From assembly GCA_017618055.1 (NCBI GenBank), contig JAFZVB010000014.1:71663-135662 (forward strand): DNA of 64,000 nt, given 5' to 3'. Source of the stretch: Clostridia bacterium (GTDB lineage: Bacteria; Bacillota; Clostridia; Christensenellales; CAG-917). This document shows, piece after piece, positions 63,806 to 64,000 of the stretch (positions are counted from its first letter, which is position 1; the number at the start of each line of letters is the position of its first letter). Position numbers and translations under genes: made by a program. The notes under the pieces are model-generated. The model made no database searches and was not told the origin of the DNA. It was given only the letters and a program-made list of their open reading frames with translations.

Positions 63806-64000
63806 ATGTTTGTTGAAATGATTGATTTAAAATATCTAGATGGTTTAAAACTGCTTGCCACATTTATAGATGGTAAGGTAATTGAATATGATGTTGAAAA
63901 ACTGATAAAAAGATTCCCTCAACTTTCTGCCTTAAAGAATAGAAAATTATTTGTTAAAGGCAAAATAGACAAAGGTGGTTATGGTATTATTTGGAATGAT
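63806..64000 (+). CDS. DUF2442-like small protein, N-terminal 65 aa (runs off the right window edge)
   Basis: The ATG at 63806 follows an AGAGG SD and a TTGATA-N17-TATAAT promoter. The pattern ...DGLKLLATFIDGKVIEYDV...GGYGIIWND resembles DUF2442. Confidence 0.55.
   Translation, partial: MFVEMIDLKYLDGLKLLATFIDGKVIEYDVEKLIKRFPQLSALKNRKLFVKGKIDKGGYGIIWND

Overview
This 64 kb window is an AT-rich, very gene-dense stretch of bacterial chromosome that reads cleanly with the standard genetic code. I count about 60 protein genes, 7 tRNAs and one FMN riboswitch. All but about 8 genes lie on the minus strand, many with 1-4 nt start/stop overlaps, so the minus strand is probably the leading strand. Gene content and order point to a reduced low-GC Bacillota or Mollicutes-like lineage, but I cannot name the species. 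The supporting blocks are miaB-thiI, mutS2, pheST, rrf2-metY-cysK-nifS-nifU, cmk-plsC-ispH::S1, scpAB, lysA, nrdR, mraZ-rsmH-X-ftsA-ftsZ, engB-clpX-clpP-tig, rqcH, rluD-lspA-sepF-yggS, ribU::tsaE-tsaB-rimI, nadD::yqeK-rsfS and pckA. Most of the window is ordinary housekeeping. These items stand out: (1) A lone, noticeably more AT-rich 1004-aa ORF (56721-59735) joins a sensor-like N-terminus, an Upf1/DNA2-type SF1B helicase and a C-terminal DUF2726-like PD-(D/E)xK nuclease. It is my best candidate for an undescribed single-gene nucleic-acid surveillance or defence module. (2) A textbook FMN riboswitch drives an unusual RibU::TsaE fusion plus tsaB-rimI. (3) An XRE-HTH::citrate synthase fusion has palindromic and direct repeats in its own leader. 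(4) The division cluster is stripped down, with no mur/pbp/ftsW/ftsL/ftsQ genes. Its FtsZ, SepF and a tail-anchored 251-aa protein all carry Q/P/Y-rich disordered regions. (5) MutS2 lacks the Smr domain. (6) A ~128-bp intergenic repeat occurs in two copies, built around a terminator hairpin. (7) A bipartite motif is shared in identical register by the rrf2 and metY promoters. All domain calls come from motif recognition by eye. No HMM, BLAST or folding software was run. Coordinates of small RNA or DNA motifs may be off by 1-2 nt.
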